64,000 nucleotides of DNA from Candidatus Calescibacterium sp. (GCA_032249135.1 JAVVGL010000009.1:80-64079); one strand, 5' to 3'; shown: positions 29,180 to 39,369, counted from the stretch's first letter. A program made the numbers and translations. Notes: generated by a model from the sequence alone, not told the origin.

Positions 29180-29938
29180 ATGGCAGGACATTCAAAGTGG
29201 CATAATATAAAGCATAAAAAAGCAGCCCAAGATCAGAAGAGAGGAAAAATTTTCACAAAGGTAATGCGTGAAATAGAAGTTGCCGTAAGACAAGGTGGAC
29301 CTAATCCGGAAAATAATCCTCGCCTTAGGTTAGCTATTGAAATGGCGAAATCAGTCAACATGCCAAAAGAGAATATAGAGCGAGCTATAAAGAAAGCAAT
29401 GGGTGAGCTTGGTGGACAGGCAGTTGAAGATGTGTTCTTTGAAGGATATGGTCCGGGCGGGGTGGCTATGTATATTTCTGCCATAACAGATAACAAAAAT
29501 AGAACCGCCTCACAAATAAGAGCAATATTCTCAAAGTTTGGGGGAAGTCTTGCCGAAGCTGGGTCAGTTTCTTGGATATTTGAAAGAAAGGGAGTTTTTG
29601 CCTTCCCAGTTTCAGACCAAGTGCAAAAGGAGAAAATTGCTGATTTTGCAATAGAAAACGGAGCAGAAGACATAAATGATTTAGGAGATACCCTTGAAGT
29701 CTATTGTGATCCAAAGAACTTTGAGGAACTCAAAAGCAAGTTTGAGCAATCAGGGTTCGGCTGGGAGAGAGCAGAGGTTACTTTCATACCTAAAACTACA
29801 GTAAAAGTTTCAGGTAAGGAAGCGGAGACTCTGATCAAACTTCTGAATGCTCTTGATGACCATGACGATGTTCAGAGGGTTTGGGCGAACTTTGAAATAG
29901 AAGACCAAGAAATGGAAAAATTGCTTGCAACATTGTAG
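29180..29938 (+). CDS. yebC: YebC/PmpR family DNA-binding regulatory protein
   Basis: MAGHSKWHNIKHKKAAQDQKRGKIFTK... is the canonical YebC N-terminus. Confidence 0.92.
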   Translation: MAGHSKWHNIKHKKAAQDQKRGKIFTKVMREIEVAVRQGGPNPENNPRLRLAIEMAKSVNMPKENIERAIKKAMGELGGQAVEDVFFEGYGPGGVAMYISAITDNKNRTASQIRAIFSKFGGSLAEAGSVSWIFERKGVFAFPVSDQVQKEKIADFAIENGAEDINDLGDTLEVYCDPKNFEELKSKFEQSGFGWERAEVTFIPKTTVKVSGKEAETLIKLLNALDDHDDVQRVWANFEIEDQEMEKLLATL

Positions 29939-30024
29939 GGGAGGTGCCGGAGCGGACAAACGGGCCCGGCTGTAAACCGGGTGGCCCCAGGCCTACGGGG
30001 GTTCAAATCCCTCCCTCCCCACCA
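29938..30024 (+). tRNA. tRNA-Tyr (anticodon GTA), type II with a long variable arm and an encoded CCA
   Basis: Acceptor GGGGAGG pairs with CCTCCCC. Anticodon stem-loop CCGG-CTGTAAA-CCGG. T-arm GGGGG-TTCAAAT-CCCTC. Discriminator A plus CCA. The first base overlaps the yebC stop codon. Confidence 0.92.
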
Positions 30025-30029
30025 CTAAA

Positions 30030-30482
30030 ATGATAACTGCTCTTATCATCCTGTCATACTCATTTTTTGTTAACCTAAACGGAGGAATTCTTTTTCCTTT
30101 TGGGGATTTATCAGGGGGTAAAAAGAATTCAGCTTCTTTTTCTCTTTCGCTTGGAGTTGCAGAGTTTGACCAGTTTTCCGCCGGAGCTAATTTTTCGTTT
30201 TCGCCATCTATAAGTTTGCTTTTCCCATCGGCTTATGTTTCTGCAAGGTTTGACAGAACCGACTTTTTTGCTAACATAGGTGTAGGTATCGGTCCGGGAA
30301 TTCTTTCCAGAGAGAAAAAGATTTTTACTCTTTTCGGTCTCTCAGCATTTACTGATTTCGGTATATGGATAGAGACACGAAGATTTGCAGCTCATATCTC
30401 ACCCGGTGTCTCTGCATTCCTTGGGAATCAAGGAGGATATTCATTTTCCGTCCTCCTCGGATTTTCAATATTCTCTTACTAA
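30030..30482 (+). CDS. Hypothetical small protein, possibly an outer-membrane beta-barrel
   Basis: Alternating hydrophobic and Gly/Ser-rich strands with a C-terminal aromatic residue (…FSIFSY). No family recognised. Confidence 0.35.
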   Translation: MITALIILSYSFFVNLNGGILFPFGDLSGGKKNSASFSLSLGVAEFDQFSAGANFSFSPSISLLFPSAYVSARFDRTDFFANIGVGIGPGILSREKKIFTLFGLSAFTDFGIWIETRRFAAHISPGVSAFLGNQGGYSFSVLLGFSIFSY

Positions 30483-30495
30483 TACTTCTTACTGG

Positions 30496-31683
30496 CTAAA
30501 AGATAAACTCTAATATGTGTTTTGCTTCTCTTTTTCGTGATATTTGCAATATACATCCTGGAGAATTTGAAAGGAAAATTACATCGTCTTTTTCAAAAGG
30601 TTCTAAAAGGGAATTTAAAAGCATATCAGACATTTTTCCATATTTGAAAAACATAGAGCCACCGAATCCACAGCAGGGGAAATCAGTTTGTTCAACCTCA
30701 AATCCCATACTTTTCATTATCCTTACTTTATCTTGGGTATCATACTTTTCGTGGCACGGCTTATGAATTATAACTTTCACATTCTTTTTTTCTTTTTTAG
30801 TTACCTCTTTATCATTCTCTTTTCTTTCAATTTTCATCTCTCCTCTTTCTATTTTTTCTTTCATTTTTTCCAGTATGAAATCTGATACCTCTTTTATTTT
30901 CACTCCGGGAAATTCATCTTGGATTTTATAAAAGTTCATTATAACCCAGGTGCATGTTGGACCTAACACAAGTATTGTTGATGGGGAATGATTTAAGTTT
31001 CTATAATTTATTTCGTTTTTTATTTTCTCTATAAGTTCTTTTTGATTTTCCTGAAATTCTCTTGTTGAACCTGCGAGCAATAACGGAGCTCCGCAGCAAG
31101 AAAAATTACGAGGCGCAGTTATGAAATCTATATCAAATCTTTTCAGTATTTTTTCTGCCTTCTCCCTTATGTCGGAAAAAATCGTATATCCAAAACACGA
31201 GGGGAAAAATACTGTGGTAGGATAAGAGTTTGCAACATCAATATTTTCAGATATAGTGGGATTTTTTCTTATCCATCTCATCTTATACTTTGATTTTTTC
31301 ATTTTTGATGCAAGAAGAAATGAAAGAGAAAATAAAAACTTATTTTTTGTTATAAGCTTTGCGAAAAATATCTCCATTTTTCCGGGTAGAGTTTTTCCTT
31401 TTGCTCTCATGAAAGAAAGATAAGGTTTGAGGTCCATCGGACAAGTTTTCTCGCACTCCCCACATTTTGAACAAGTGTCAATATCTTCAAATGCTCTGAT
31501 GAAATCGAAAAAGCTCATATTTTCTCTTTCTTTCAAAATTTTGTAAGATAGAATCAATCGTCCGCGCGGAGAGAACCTCTCATCTCTTTTTGCAAGATAT
31601 GTAGGGCATTTAGATTTGCAGTAGCCACATTTTACACATACTATCGGATCAAAGATTATTTCATTGAATTCTTTTGTGTCCAT
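30496..31683 (-). CDS. (Fe-S)-binding protein, GlcF/HdrD-like (two 4Fe-4S motifs plus two CCG domains)
   Basis: CVKCGYCKSKCP, CSKCGECEKTCP, and the two motifs FSCCG and FPCCG. Confidence 0.75.
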   Translation of the reverse strand: MDTKEFNEIIFDPIVCVKCGYCKSKCPTYLAKRDERFSPRGRLILSYKILKERENMSFFDFIRAFEDIDTCSKCGECEKTCPMDLKPYLSFMRAKGKTLPGKMEIFFAKLITKNKFLFSLSFLLASKMKKSKYKMRWIRKNPTISENIDVANSYPTTVFFPSCFGYTIFSDIREKAEKILKRFDIDFITAPRNFSCCGAPLLLAGSTREFQENQKELIEKIKNEINYRNLNHSPSTILVLGPTCTWVIMNFYKIQDEFPGVKIKEVSDFILEKMKEKIERGEMKIERKENDKEVTKKEKKNVKVIIHKPCHEKYDTQDKVRIMKSMGFEVEQTDFPCCGFGGSMFFKYGKMSDMLLNSLLEPFEKDDVIFLSNSPGCILQISRKREAKHILEFIF

Positions 31684-31734
31684 TTTTGCAGCTTACGGAC
31701 TGAATTTGAAAAATGAGTTCTAACTTTTTACTTT

Positions 31735-33534
31735 TTATTTTTTTATTTTTGCTCTTATTTTATGTTCCAACTCTTTTATTTTTCTCTCAATTCTTATTCT
31801 GTCGTATCCTTTTGGTTTTCCTTTTTGTAATCCTATTTTATATAGTTCCAACGCTTTTTCTTCTTCATTTTTCAGAACTAAAATATCTGCGAGATGTTCC
31901 GCGATTACTGCATCATCTGGTTTCATCTCATATGCTTTTCTTATCATTTCTTCTGCTTTTTCTATATCTCCATTTGCAAAAAAATACCATCCAAGGCTAT
32001 CTATAATGTATGGGTCCTTTGGTCTTCTTTTTAGTGCTTCCTCTATGAGTTTCCGAGCTTCATCAAGTTTGTTGGTATCATAAAATCCCGTTTTTCTTTT
32101 CTCTTCAATTATATACTCTATCATCATGTATCCTTTGAGATTGAGGGAATGTGGATCCTGAGGGGAGATTTCAAATAAAAGATCAGCTGTTTCTAATGCT
32201 TTCTTTATATCTCCAACCTCGTAATGTAATATTGCTTTCGTGTAAAGAAGGTCTTTGTTTTTATCAAATTTTTTAAGAGAGAAATCAATGAGTTCAAAAG
32301 CCGAATCATAATCTTCTTTTTCTCTGAAAGCAAAGATTAAAGATTGCATGACCTCTGGGGTAAGAACACGAGATGTCACTTCAAGTCCATACTTTATCGC
32401 TTTATCTGGAGAAATTTCTCGGAGGGAATCTATTTTTCCTGCTATTGCGTTGCTATAAAATTTGGAATTTTCTTCTATTTTTTCAAATTCTTTTATTGCT
32501 TCCTCATATTTTTTCAATTCATAAAGTGCATATGCTCTAAAAAGTATGGCAATATCTTTGCTCTCTTGGTCATTGAGTTTCCCTTCTATCTCCTGTGTTA
32601 TTCTTATTACTTCCGCTGGTTTTTTAGCTTTGAGTAAAACCCTTGCGAAATCAAGCATAATTTCCGGTTCATCTATTTCTCTTGTTATCTCATACATATA
32701 CGATAATGCTTTTTCTGGTTCTCCTGCTTCAAGAAGTAGATCTACAAGTTGTCTTTTTATCGCTATTTCGTTGCTTTCTTTAATGAAATTCTCTGAGAGC
32801 TCTATTGCCTTCATAATTTCTCCCTTTTCCTTGTATATTTCAAGGAGTTCCGATACGACTTGTTCATTTATGAGGCCGAGTTCCATTGCCATTTTGAAGT
32901 TTTCTTCTGCTTTATCTTTTTCTCCCGTGAATTTGAGAAGTTCGCCGTATATTACAAAACCTGTTGCATCATTTTTATTCCTCTCTGTATATTTTTTTGC
33001 TATATCTTTTGCTTTTTCTACTTGTCCTTGTTTCATAAGTTCTGAGATTAAGGTTCTAAAAAGTCTTTGGTTTTGGCTGAATTTTTCAAATGCTTTTTCA
33101 AGAGCTAAAATTGCTTTATCGTTCTCTCCAAGTCTCATTCTCAGCGCATATAGGTTCTCAAAATCTTTTTCTGTCTTTGCTTTTTCTTCTGACTCATCTA
33201 GTATTTTTGATGCCTCGGTTTGTTTTTTTAGTCTGTATTTTAAGAGTGCAAGCTCAAAATATGGTGGGAAACCAATTTCTTCTTTTTTATTTTTTGACTC
33301 TGATATTAACTTTTCAAGTTTTGTTTCAGCTTCTTGAAGTCTTCCTCTTTTTATATCATATATTGCTTGAAAATAAAGTGAAATTTTCTCATCCCCTTTT
33401 TCTTTTTCCAGTTTTTGATAGAAGATCTCTCTTTTTACATCACCTCCCGGATAAACTTCTTTTTTCAGAGTTTTAGCACAACCTATGGAAACAATAGATG
33501 AAAAAACAGCCAGAACAAGAAAATTTTTTCTCAT
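31735..33534 (-). CDS. Tetratricopeptide-repeat lipoprotein
   Basis: Signal peptide with VSIGC lipobox. Many TPR-like A/Y/L periodic repeats. Confidence 0.75.
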   Translation of the reverse strand: MRKNFLVLAVFSSIVSIGCAKTLKKEVYPGGDVKREIFYQKLEKEKGDEKISLYFQAIYDIKRGRLQEAETKLEKLISESKNKKEEIGFPPYFELALLKYRLKKQTEASKILDESEEKAKTEKDFENLYALRMRLGENDKAILALEKAFEKFSQNQRLFRTLISELMKQGQVEKAKDIAKKYTERNKNDATGFVIYGELLKFTGEKDKAEENFKMAMELGLINEQVVSELLEIYKEKGEIMKAIELSENFIKESNEIAIKRQLVDLLLEAGEPEKALSYMYEITREIDEPEIMLDFARVLLKAKKPAEVIRITQEIEGKLNDQESKDIAILFRAYALYELKKYEEAIKEFEKIEENSKFYSNAIAGKIDSLREISPDKAIKYGLEVTSRVLTPEVMQSLIFAFREKEDYDSAFELIDFSLKKFDKNKDLLYTKAILHYEVGDIKKALETADLLFEISPQDPHSLNLKGYMMIEYIIEEKRKTGFYDTNKLDEARKLIEEALKRRPKDPYIIDSLGWYFFANGDIEKAEEMIRKAYEMKPDDAVIAEHLADILVLKNEEEKALELYKIGLQKGKPKGYDRIRIERKIKELEHKIRAKIKK

Positions 33535-33659
33535 ACAAAAGATAATTTAATCACAACATCTTTCATTTTAGACTTTTTCCCACAGTTTTTACTTTATCGC
33601 TGGTATCTTTTTCGGCGTTATTTTTTCAATTTTTCTGGTTCGTTTGCTTTTTTCATCTA

Positions 33660-35180
33660 TTACTTCACTTTTGCTGATATTTTTTCAAGTATTTTTCTCC
33701 ACACAAGTATATTAACCAGTGCTATAAATGATGCCATGATGAATGTTGAAAAAATCATAAGGTCTTTATTGCCTTTTTCAGCTGATTCCGATATCATATA
33801 TCCTATCCCGAAGAGTTTGTATTCTTCTCCTTTGAACTCTATAAATTCTGCAACAAATGAACCGTTCCACGCTCCCCCCCACGCTGTCAGAAAACCAACA
33901 AACATATCTTTTGCTGAACCAGGAATTATGATTTTTTTTATTTTGTCTTTCAGTCCCATTCTTATTGATTCAGCTACATCTAAAATTTCTTGCGGTATTG
34001 ACCTTACTCCTGCAAGTGTATTATAGAATATATACCATATAGATGAAAGTGAAATTATGGCTATAGCATTTAGCTCAATTCCATAAGGTATTTTTGACAG
34101 TATAGCAAACATTATAGGTAAAAAAGCCGTTGCTGGGATAGATGATAGCACTTGTATTGCCGGCATTATTTTATCTGCTAAATTTCTTTTCAGACCTAAA
34201 AATATAGCTATTGGTATAGATACTGCTGCTGAAATACCAACTCCTACTATAACTCTAAAAAATGTTGGGAATATTGATAATATTGTTTTTATTATGTCTT
34301 CTAATTTCAGATTTACAAACCTTAAAAACAGCAGTAGGGAAAATAAAGTTAGGAAGATCAATGTAGAAAAAAACATTATATTTGATATTGTTTCTCTTTT
34401 TCTTATAATTTTCTCTGCAAAGTTATACATTCTGGAAAGAGAAAGTTTCCTCATAATTTTTTTCACTGCGGAAAAAATCAATTTTTCGGAAGAAGAAAGT
34501 TCAGGTTTTTCATGGTGTTCAAATTCATATTTGAATATATATGATAACCTTATAATAGGTCTCCATATAATAAGGTATGAGATTGTTATAACTGCTGACA
34601 TTGATAAGAATCCTAAAAATGCTAATTGCAAATCTCCTCTTTCGGTTGCAGACAAAATAAATGAGCCTATACCAGGTACTTTCACCTCAATTTCTCCTAT
34701 TGAGAACATCTCACAATACATAAGGAAATACCATCCACCTGCAAATGACATCACACTATTGAAAGCAAGAGCTGGTAATGAGAAAGGGAAATCTAAAACA
34801 AAAAACCTTCTTATTGGATCTAATCTTAAAGATTTTGCAACCTCGAGCGCCTCTTCTGGCAGACTTTTTATTGATGAGTAAAAAGAAAATATCATGTTCC
34901 AGACCATACCAGTTATTATGAGTACCAAGGTGGCTATTTCCCATCCTAAATATCCGAGTTTATAAAAAAACAGCATAACAGCTGGGGTGAAACTTAAAAC
35001 TGGAATAGATTGAAGTATATCTAAAATCGCAATTATGAGTTTCTCAATTTTTTTGCCTGATGTTGATATGTAAGAAATGATTATGGCTGCTGCAAGACAA
35101 ATTATGTACGCTCCGAGGATTCTTGTGAGTGAAAGAAAAGATAAAAATAAAATCTCCGGAATATTTCTTATTATCTCCAT
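33660..35180 (-). CDS. ABC transporter permease, fused double-domain (NitT/TauT-like)
   Basis: Two EAA-type loops (EVAKSLRLDPIRRFFVLDFP and DVAESIRMGLKDKIKKIIIPG) and about 12 predicted TM helices. Confidence 0.8.
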   Translation of the reverse strand: MEIIRNIPEILFLSFLSLTRILGAYIICLAAAIIISYISTSGKKIEKLIIAILDILQSIPVLSFTPAVMLFFYKLGYLGWEIATLVLIITGMVWNMIFSFYSSIKSLPEEALEVAKSLRLDPIRRFFVLDFPFSLPALAFNSVMSFAGGWYFLMYCEMFSIGEIEVKVPGIGSFILSATERGDLQLAFLGFLSMSAVITISYLIIWRPIIRLSYIFKYEFEHHEKPELSSSEKLIFSAVKKIMRKLSLSRMYNFAEKIIRKRETISNIMFFSTLIFLTLFSLLLFLRFVNLKLEDIIKTILSIFPTFFRVIVGVGISAAVSIPIAIFLGLKRNLADKIMPAIQVLSSIPATAFLPIMFAILSKIPYGIELNAIAIISLSSIWYIFYNTLAGVRSIPQEILDVAESIRMGLKDKIKKIIIPGSAKDMFVGFLTAWGGAWNGSFVAEFIEFKGEEYKLFGIGYMISESAEKGNKDLMIFSTFIMASFIALVNILVWRKILEKISAKVK

Positions 35181-35788
35181 GGTGTTATTTCTCCTTCTGA
35201 TATAAATTCAAGAAGTTTTTGATAGTCTTGTGGAAGTTCAAATTTCGTTTCAAAGTAAAAATCTTCCTGTTCGTAGTAGTGATCGTATATAAAAAATATA
35301 TCAGAACCTTTCTTTATCATTACGGTATCTTTTCTCTCCATTTCTTCCTTTTCCTCATTATTATTTTTTTCTTTTTCCTTTTTTCTTACATATACAAGCG
35401 CTCGTGGTAAGAGCTTTATATATAATTTCTCTATGGAGAAATCTTGTAATTCAGTTTTTAGGTTTATAATTTTCAGAGTTTCTGATTCTTTTGATCCAAA
35501 GAATATGTTTGTTATGTAAAGACCTGTATTTGTTTTGTATATTTTTCCACCATATTTTATTCTTCCGAAACTTTTAGTTATTATCTCAAATCCACTTATG
35601 AAGTGAGAAGGTGGGAAACCGAAACAGGTTTTTTTTATCCATCCTGATTTGAAAATTTCGTCTATTTTTAAATCTCTAAAAGGTATGAATGGAAAGACAA
35701 GTGATTTTTCTGCACATTTTAAAAATGCCTCTTTTACTCTCTCGCCGGATTCCATTAGTATTATCAAATCTTTCTCGTAGATTTCCAC
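35171..35788 (-). CDS. Hypothetical protein, start-stop coupled to the ABC permease
   Basis: 205-aa ORF with a GTG start. Its 3' end overlaps the permease start by 10 nt. No family recognised. Confidence 0.45.
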   Translation of the reverse strand: MEIYEKDLIILMESGERVKEAFLKCAEKSLVFPFIPFRDLKIDEIFKSGWIKKTCFGFPPSHFISGFEIITKSFGRIKYGGKIYKTNTGLYITNIFFGSKESETLKIINLKTELQDFSIEKLYIKLLPRALVYVRKKEKEKNNNEEKEEMERKDTVMIKKGSDIFFIYDHYYEQEDFYFETKFELPQDYQKLLEFISEGEITPWR

Positions 35789-36199
35789 CCTGAAACAAGA
35801 TATTATGAAATAGATAGAAAATGAATCAAAAAGTTAAAAAATTCAAGGTAAAAACGTATTAGCTTCAAAATATTTAACAGTTGAAACGGGTAGATGCATG
35901 GGCAGGTGCTTGGGGAATTAAGGTTTACATGAGACAAAAGCTCATATCAAATAATCCTTACCCCCAAACCCATTGTTTTTTCCGGATGGGCTGTTAGCAT
36001 CAGAGCTTCTCAATTTTTTGTGAAAAATAAAATAAAAATTAAAAAATGATAAAAGTGAAAAAATGATAAATGCAAAACTCTGAACTGATTTTTTCCCAAC
36101 GACAAGAAATAATTTTGATTGAAAAACCCAAGATACATCTTCGACTAAATTTTTAAAAATAAATTGATAAAAAAATTTAGTGGAAGGAATTCTGATTGC

Positions 36200-36964
36200 A
36201 TGCATAGGACATTAACTGCAATAAGAATTATCCCATGTCTTGATATAAAAGATGGAAGAGTGGTAAAGGGGATCAATTTTGTTAACCTGAAAGATGCGGG
36301 AGATCCATTTGAAGCAGCAAAAGTATATAGTCAGGAGGGCGCAGATGAGATCTGTATATTAGATATTTCCGCAAGTGAGGAGGGACGAAAAGCTTCTTTG
36401 CAGATGATATCTAAAATAGCAGAAAATGTGTTTGTCCCGCTCACCGTCGGTGGTGGTGTGAGAACTTGGAAAGATATGAGGGAGTATCTTCTTGCAGGAG
36501 CTGATAAGGTCTCAATAAATACGGGAGCAGTTGAGAATCCGAAACTCATTAAAGAGTGCGCAGAAATTTTTGGAAGCCAATGCGTAGTAGTTGCAATAGA
36601 TGCAAAAAGAGTTGGAAAAAGTTTCAGAGTTTTTATATATTCAGGAAAAAAAGATACAGGACTTGATGCAGAGGACTGGGCAAAAAAAGTTGTGGAATTA
36701 GGAGCTGGCGAAATTCTCCTCACATCAATAGACAAAGATGGAACACAAAGCGGATATGACTTGGAACTTATACAAAAAATTTCGGAATCTGTTCCAGTTC
36801 CTATAATAGCCTCCGGTGGGGCAGGAAAAAAAGAACATTTCCTTGAAGCTATAAGATCTGGTGCTTCCGCGTGTCTTGCTGCATCCATTTTTCACTTCGG
36901 AAAAATAAAAATCCCAGAACTTAAAAAATTTCTCAAAGAAAAAGGTTTGAATATAAGATTATGA
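36200..36964 (+). CDS. hisF: Imidazole glycerol phosphate synthase cyclase subunit HisF
   Basis: [51 protein letters not shown]. The start was chosen at the ATG at 36200 rather than the upstream TTG. Confidence 0.92.
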   Translation: MHRTLTAIRIIPCLDIKDGRVVKGINFVNLKDAGDPFEAAKVYSQEGADEICILDISASEEGRKASLQMISKIAENVFVPLTVGGGVRTWKDMREYLLAGADKVSINTGAVENPKLIKECAEIFGSQCVVVAIDAKRVGKSFRVFIYSGKKDTGLDAEDWAKKVVELGAGEILLTSIDKDGTQSGYDLELIQKISESVPVPIIASGGAGKKEHFLEAIRSGASACLAASIFHFGKIKIPELKKFLKEKGLNIRL

Positions 36965-37017
36965 TTCAGATTACAATAAATGAACTCAGATCATAATAAA
37001 TAAAACAAAATTTTGCT

Positions 37018-38052
37018 ATGTCAGAAATAGAAAGAATAATTGAGCTCGGAAAAAGGTTGGGGTGGATTTTGAACAAAAGTTTGATGAAAAATGCAAATCT
37101 TCCATATTTTAAAAAATTATCAACTCCTTGGGGAAGTGATTCGCTTTCTATAAATGTTGGAAACTTTCATATTGTAATGTCATCTGATCAGAGTGTGGAA
37201 AGGACTCATTTTGACTTAAAATTCATGACACCTTATGAAGTTGGTCAAAGAGCTTTGAGATGTGCTGTAAGTGATATAGTATGTACTGCGTCGGAGCCAT
37301 CGTTTGCATTCGTAAATTTAGCAGGAAGAGATTATAAGGTTTTAGAAAAAATAGGCGAAGGAATAATAGAATCAGCAGAAGAGGTTGGATTAAAACTTGC
37401 AGGCGGAGATACCTCAAAATCTTACATATACTCTATATCTATTTTTGTTGTAGGATATTCAAAGAAAAAACCTCTTTCAAGATTTGGAGCTCATCCGGGA
37501 GATCATATTCACATCACAGGAACAGTCGGAGATTCCGCTCTTGCCCTTGAAGTTCTAAAAAAGAAGGGTAGAGGATTTGCGGAAAAGTATATCCCTTATG
37601 CTTTGCAAAAATTTTTAAAACCTCCTTTAAGAAAGAAAGTAATTCAGAAAATAAAACGATTTGTTAAATTTTCAGCAGATGCATCGGACGGACCTTTAAG
37701 AACAGTAGAGTGGATATGTGCTTTAAATAATGTCTCATGTGAGTTTTTCCCAGAAAGAGTTCCGTTTTCAGAAGAATTTTTAAGGTTTGCTCCAAAATTT
37801 TTCAAGGACCCTCAAAGCATCTCAATAACTTATGGAGATGATTATGAAATAGTTTTTGGAACATCAGAAGAAAAATCTCAAAGCATGAGAAAATATGGTG
37901 AGATTATAGGAATAGTTCTTTCGGATCGAGATGTAAAAAGAGCTTTACAGAAAAATTACCCTTTCAAAAAAATTTCTTCAGTTTCAGGAAAGAAAAAGTT
38001 TATTTTCTTTACATACAAGAAACCGAAAGAGTTTTTCTTTGAACATTTCTAA
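37018..38052 (+). CDS. thiL: Thiamine-monophosphate kinase (AIR synthase-related fold)
   Basis: HFDLKFMTPYEVGQRALRCAVSDI, LAGGDTS, GDHIHITGTVGDSA, DASDG. Confidence 0.72.
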   Translation: MSEIERIIELGKRLGWILNKSLMKNANLPYFKKLSTPWGSDSLSINVGNFHIVMSSDQSVERTHFDLKFMTPYEVGQRALRCAVSDIVCTASEPSFAFVNLAGRDYKVLEKIGEGIIESAEEVGLKLAGGDTSKSYIYSISIFVVGYSKKKPLSRFGAHPGDHIHITGTVGDSALALEVLKKKGRGFAEKYIPYALQKFLKPPLRKKVIQKIKRFVKFSADASDGPLRTVEWICALNNVSCEFFPERVPFSEEFLRFAPKFFKDPQSISITYGDDYEIVFGTSEEKSQSMRKYGEIIGIVLSDRDVKRALQKNYPFKKISSVSGKKKFIFFTYKKPKEFFFEHF

Positions 38053-38654
38053 TTTATTCCAACTTTGCTTAACATCTCAGAAATATCCGGAGAATCCGCT
38101 ACATTTTTGCTCTTATATGCCCAAATAACTATACCATTATCTACCACAAAAAATGCAGGTCTCAGATATCTATCTCCTTTTACCCCGCCTTTTACGAACC
38201 TATATTTGCTCAGAAGTAGTGAGTCTTTCAGAGTTCTCAAAAGAGCAGTTGGAGATACGAAGTCTAAAAAGCTACCGCTTTCTACCCCGAAAATATTATA
38301 TACTTTCTTTTCCGGGTCAGGAACTAAACGAAAAGGAAAATCCGGAAAGTCTTTCAAATACTCTTTGACTACCTCCTCTGGGCTTTGTATGAATATTATT
38401 ACTTCAACTCCTTTTTCTTTGATTTTGTCTTTTTCTTTGAGGAGCTTTATTATGTCCATCTGACACCATACGCAACCCATGTATCTATGGAAGGAAATGA
38501 TGTATTTTTTACCTTCTTCAATTTCAACTTTTTGACCGTTTACATCCTTTATATCAAAGCTTGGAACTTTTTCTCCTACATTAATAGACATAATTGAAAA
38601 GCTAATTGATAATAAATTAATGATGAACTCTGCAAAAATTTTCTTTATTGTCAT
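38049..38654 (-). CDS. AhpC/TSA-family peroxiredoxin-like thiol-disulfide oxidoreductase
   Basis: GEKVPSFDIKDVNGQKVEI..KYIISFHRYMGCVWCQ. N-terminal hydrophobic segment present. Confidence 0.7.
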   Translation of the reverse strand: MTIKKIFAEFIINLLSISFSIMSINVGEKVPSFDIKDVNGQKVEIEEGKKYIISFHRYMGCVWCQMDIIKLLKEKDKIKEKGVEVIIFIQSPEEVVKEYLKDFPDFPFRLVPDPEKKVYNIFGVESGSFLDFVSPTALLRTLKDSLLLSKYRFVKGGVKGDRYLRPAFFVVDNGIVIWAYKSKNVADSPDISEMLSKVGIN

Positions 38655-38676
38655 CAGAACCCTAAAATTTTATGAT

Positions 38677-39369
38677 TTAGCTGAAATTTTTCAGAAAGTT
38701 CAAAAGTTTTCTGAAATTCTCATCAGAATAATCTTTTTTGTAATTTCTCATAAGTTCTATTGCTGTTTTTTCTTCTTGTGGGTAAATTCTACCTTTTGAT
38801 TTCAAGAAAGAAATAAGGAAAGAGACAAATTGCGTGACATTTTTTGGTTTTTCTGTAAATTGAGAGGATTCAAAATCTATGAGCACCACTCTTTTTTCTT
38901 TTTCGCAAAATATAACATTGTTGTAGGGTTTGTGCATTTCATTTTTTGATATTTTCATTCTGTCAAGTTCACGAGCCTGATACAAAATATCAAAGAACAA
39001 ATCTGAAAGAGTATTGACTTCATCTAAAATTTTTTTGAAAGGAATACCGTCTATGAATTCCATAACAAAAAAATCTGAACCGGAAAGTATTATTTTTGGT
39101 CCTATATTTTTTTCGTTGACTTGTCTTAAAATTTCCGCTTCTTTTCTTATATTCTGTATGAGATGAAAAGATTTTGCAACTTTTATTGCTACCTTCTTTT
39201 CGTTAAAGAATCCAACAAAAATTTTTCCCCTCCACCCTTCTTTCAGAAAAGAAAGATTTTTAATATTTGCAGAGAAATCTTGAAAGCTTAAATCTGTTTG
39301 ATTTTTATTTGGATAGTTTAAGATTTTATTAGCGTCCAAATTTTTTCGAAAGATTTTATTAGCGTCCAA
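38677..39369 (-). CDS. Small atypical protein-kinase-like protein (Bud32/RIO/COG2112-like, tentative)
   Basis: GWRGKIFVGFFNEKKVAIKV (Gly loop plus Lys), FFVMEFIDG hinge, LIDFE (DFG-like). The catalytic-loop position reads EMHKPYNNVIF. TTG start inside a 30-bp tandem duplication. Confidence 0.5.
   Translation of the reverse strand: MDANKIFRKNLDANKILNYPNKNQTDLSFQDFSANIKNLSFLKEGWRGKIFVGFFNEKKVAIKVAKSFHLIQNIRKEAEILRQVNEKNIGPKIILSGSDFFVMEFIDGIPFKKILDEVNTLSDLFFDILYQARELDRMKISKNEMHKPYNNVIFCEKEKRVVLIDFESSQFTEKPKNVTQFVSFLISFLKSKGRIYPQEEKTAIELMRNYKKDYSDENFRKLLNFLKNFS

Noticed and set aside
32546-33337. 263-aa Ser-rich ORF on the + strand
   Set aside because: It is antisense to the well-supported TPR lipoprotein gene. 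Its Ser/Phe-rich low-complexity composition is what the reverse complement of Glu/Lys-rich coding sequence produces.
35942-36205. 87-aa minus-strand ORF covering the GC-rich island
   Set aside because: It has no SD and an odd composition, and it overlaps the hisF start region. The GC-rich part is better explained as RNA structure or a relic, though coding cannot be fully excluded.
36331-36888. 185-aa ORF antisense to hisF. Similar antisense ORFs occur at 29233-29673 (in yebC), 34294-34881 (in the ABC permease), 54689-55177 (in mgtC), 38065-38463 (in the peroxiredoxin gene), 41595-42011 (in hom) and 13337-13744 (across the galE start / recJ 3' end).
   Set aside because: Each lies wholly or mostly opposite a gene with strong family motifs and has no recognisable motifs of its own.
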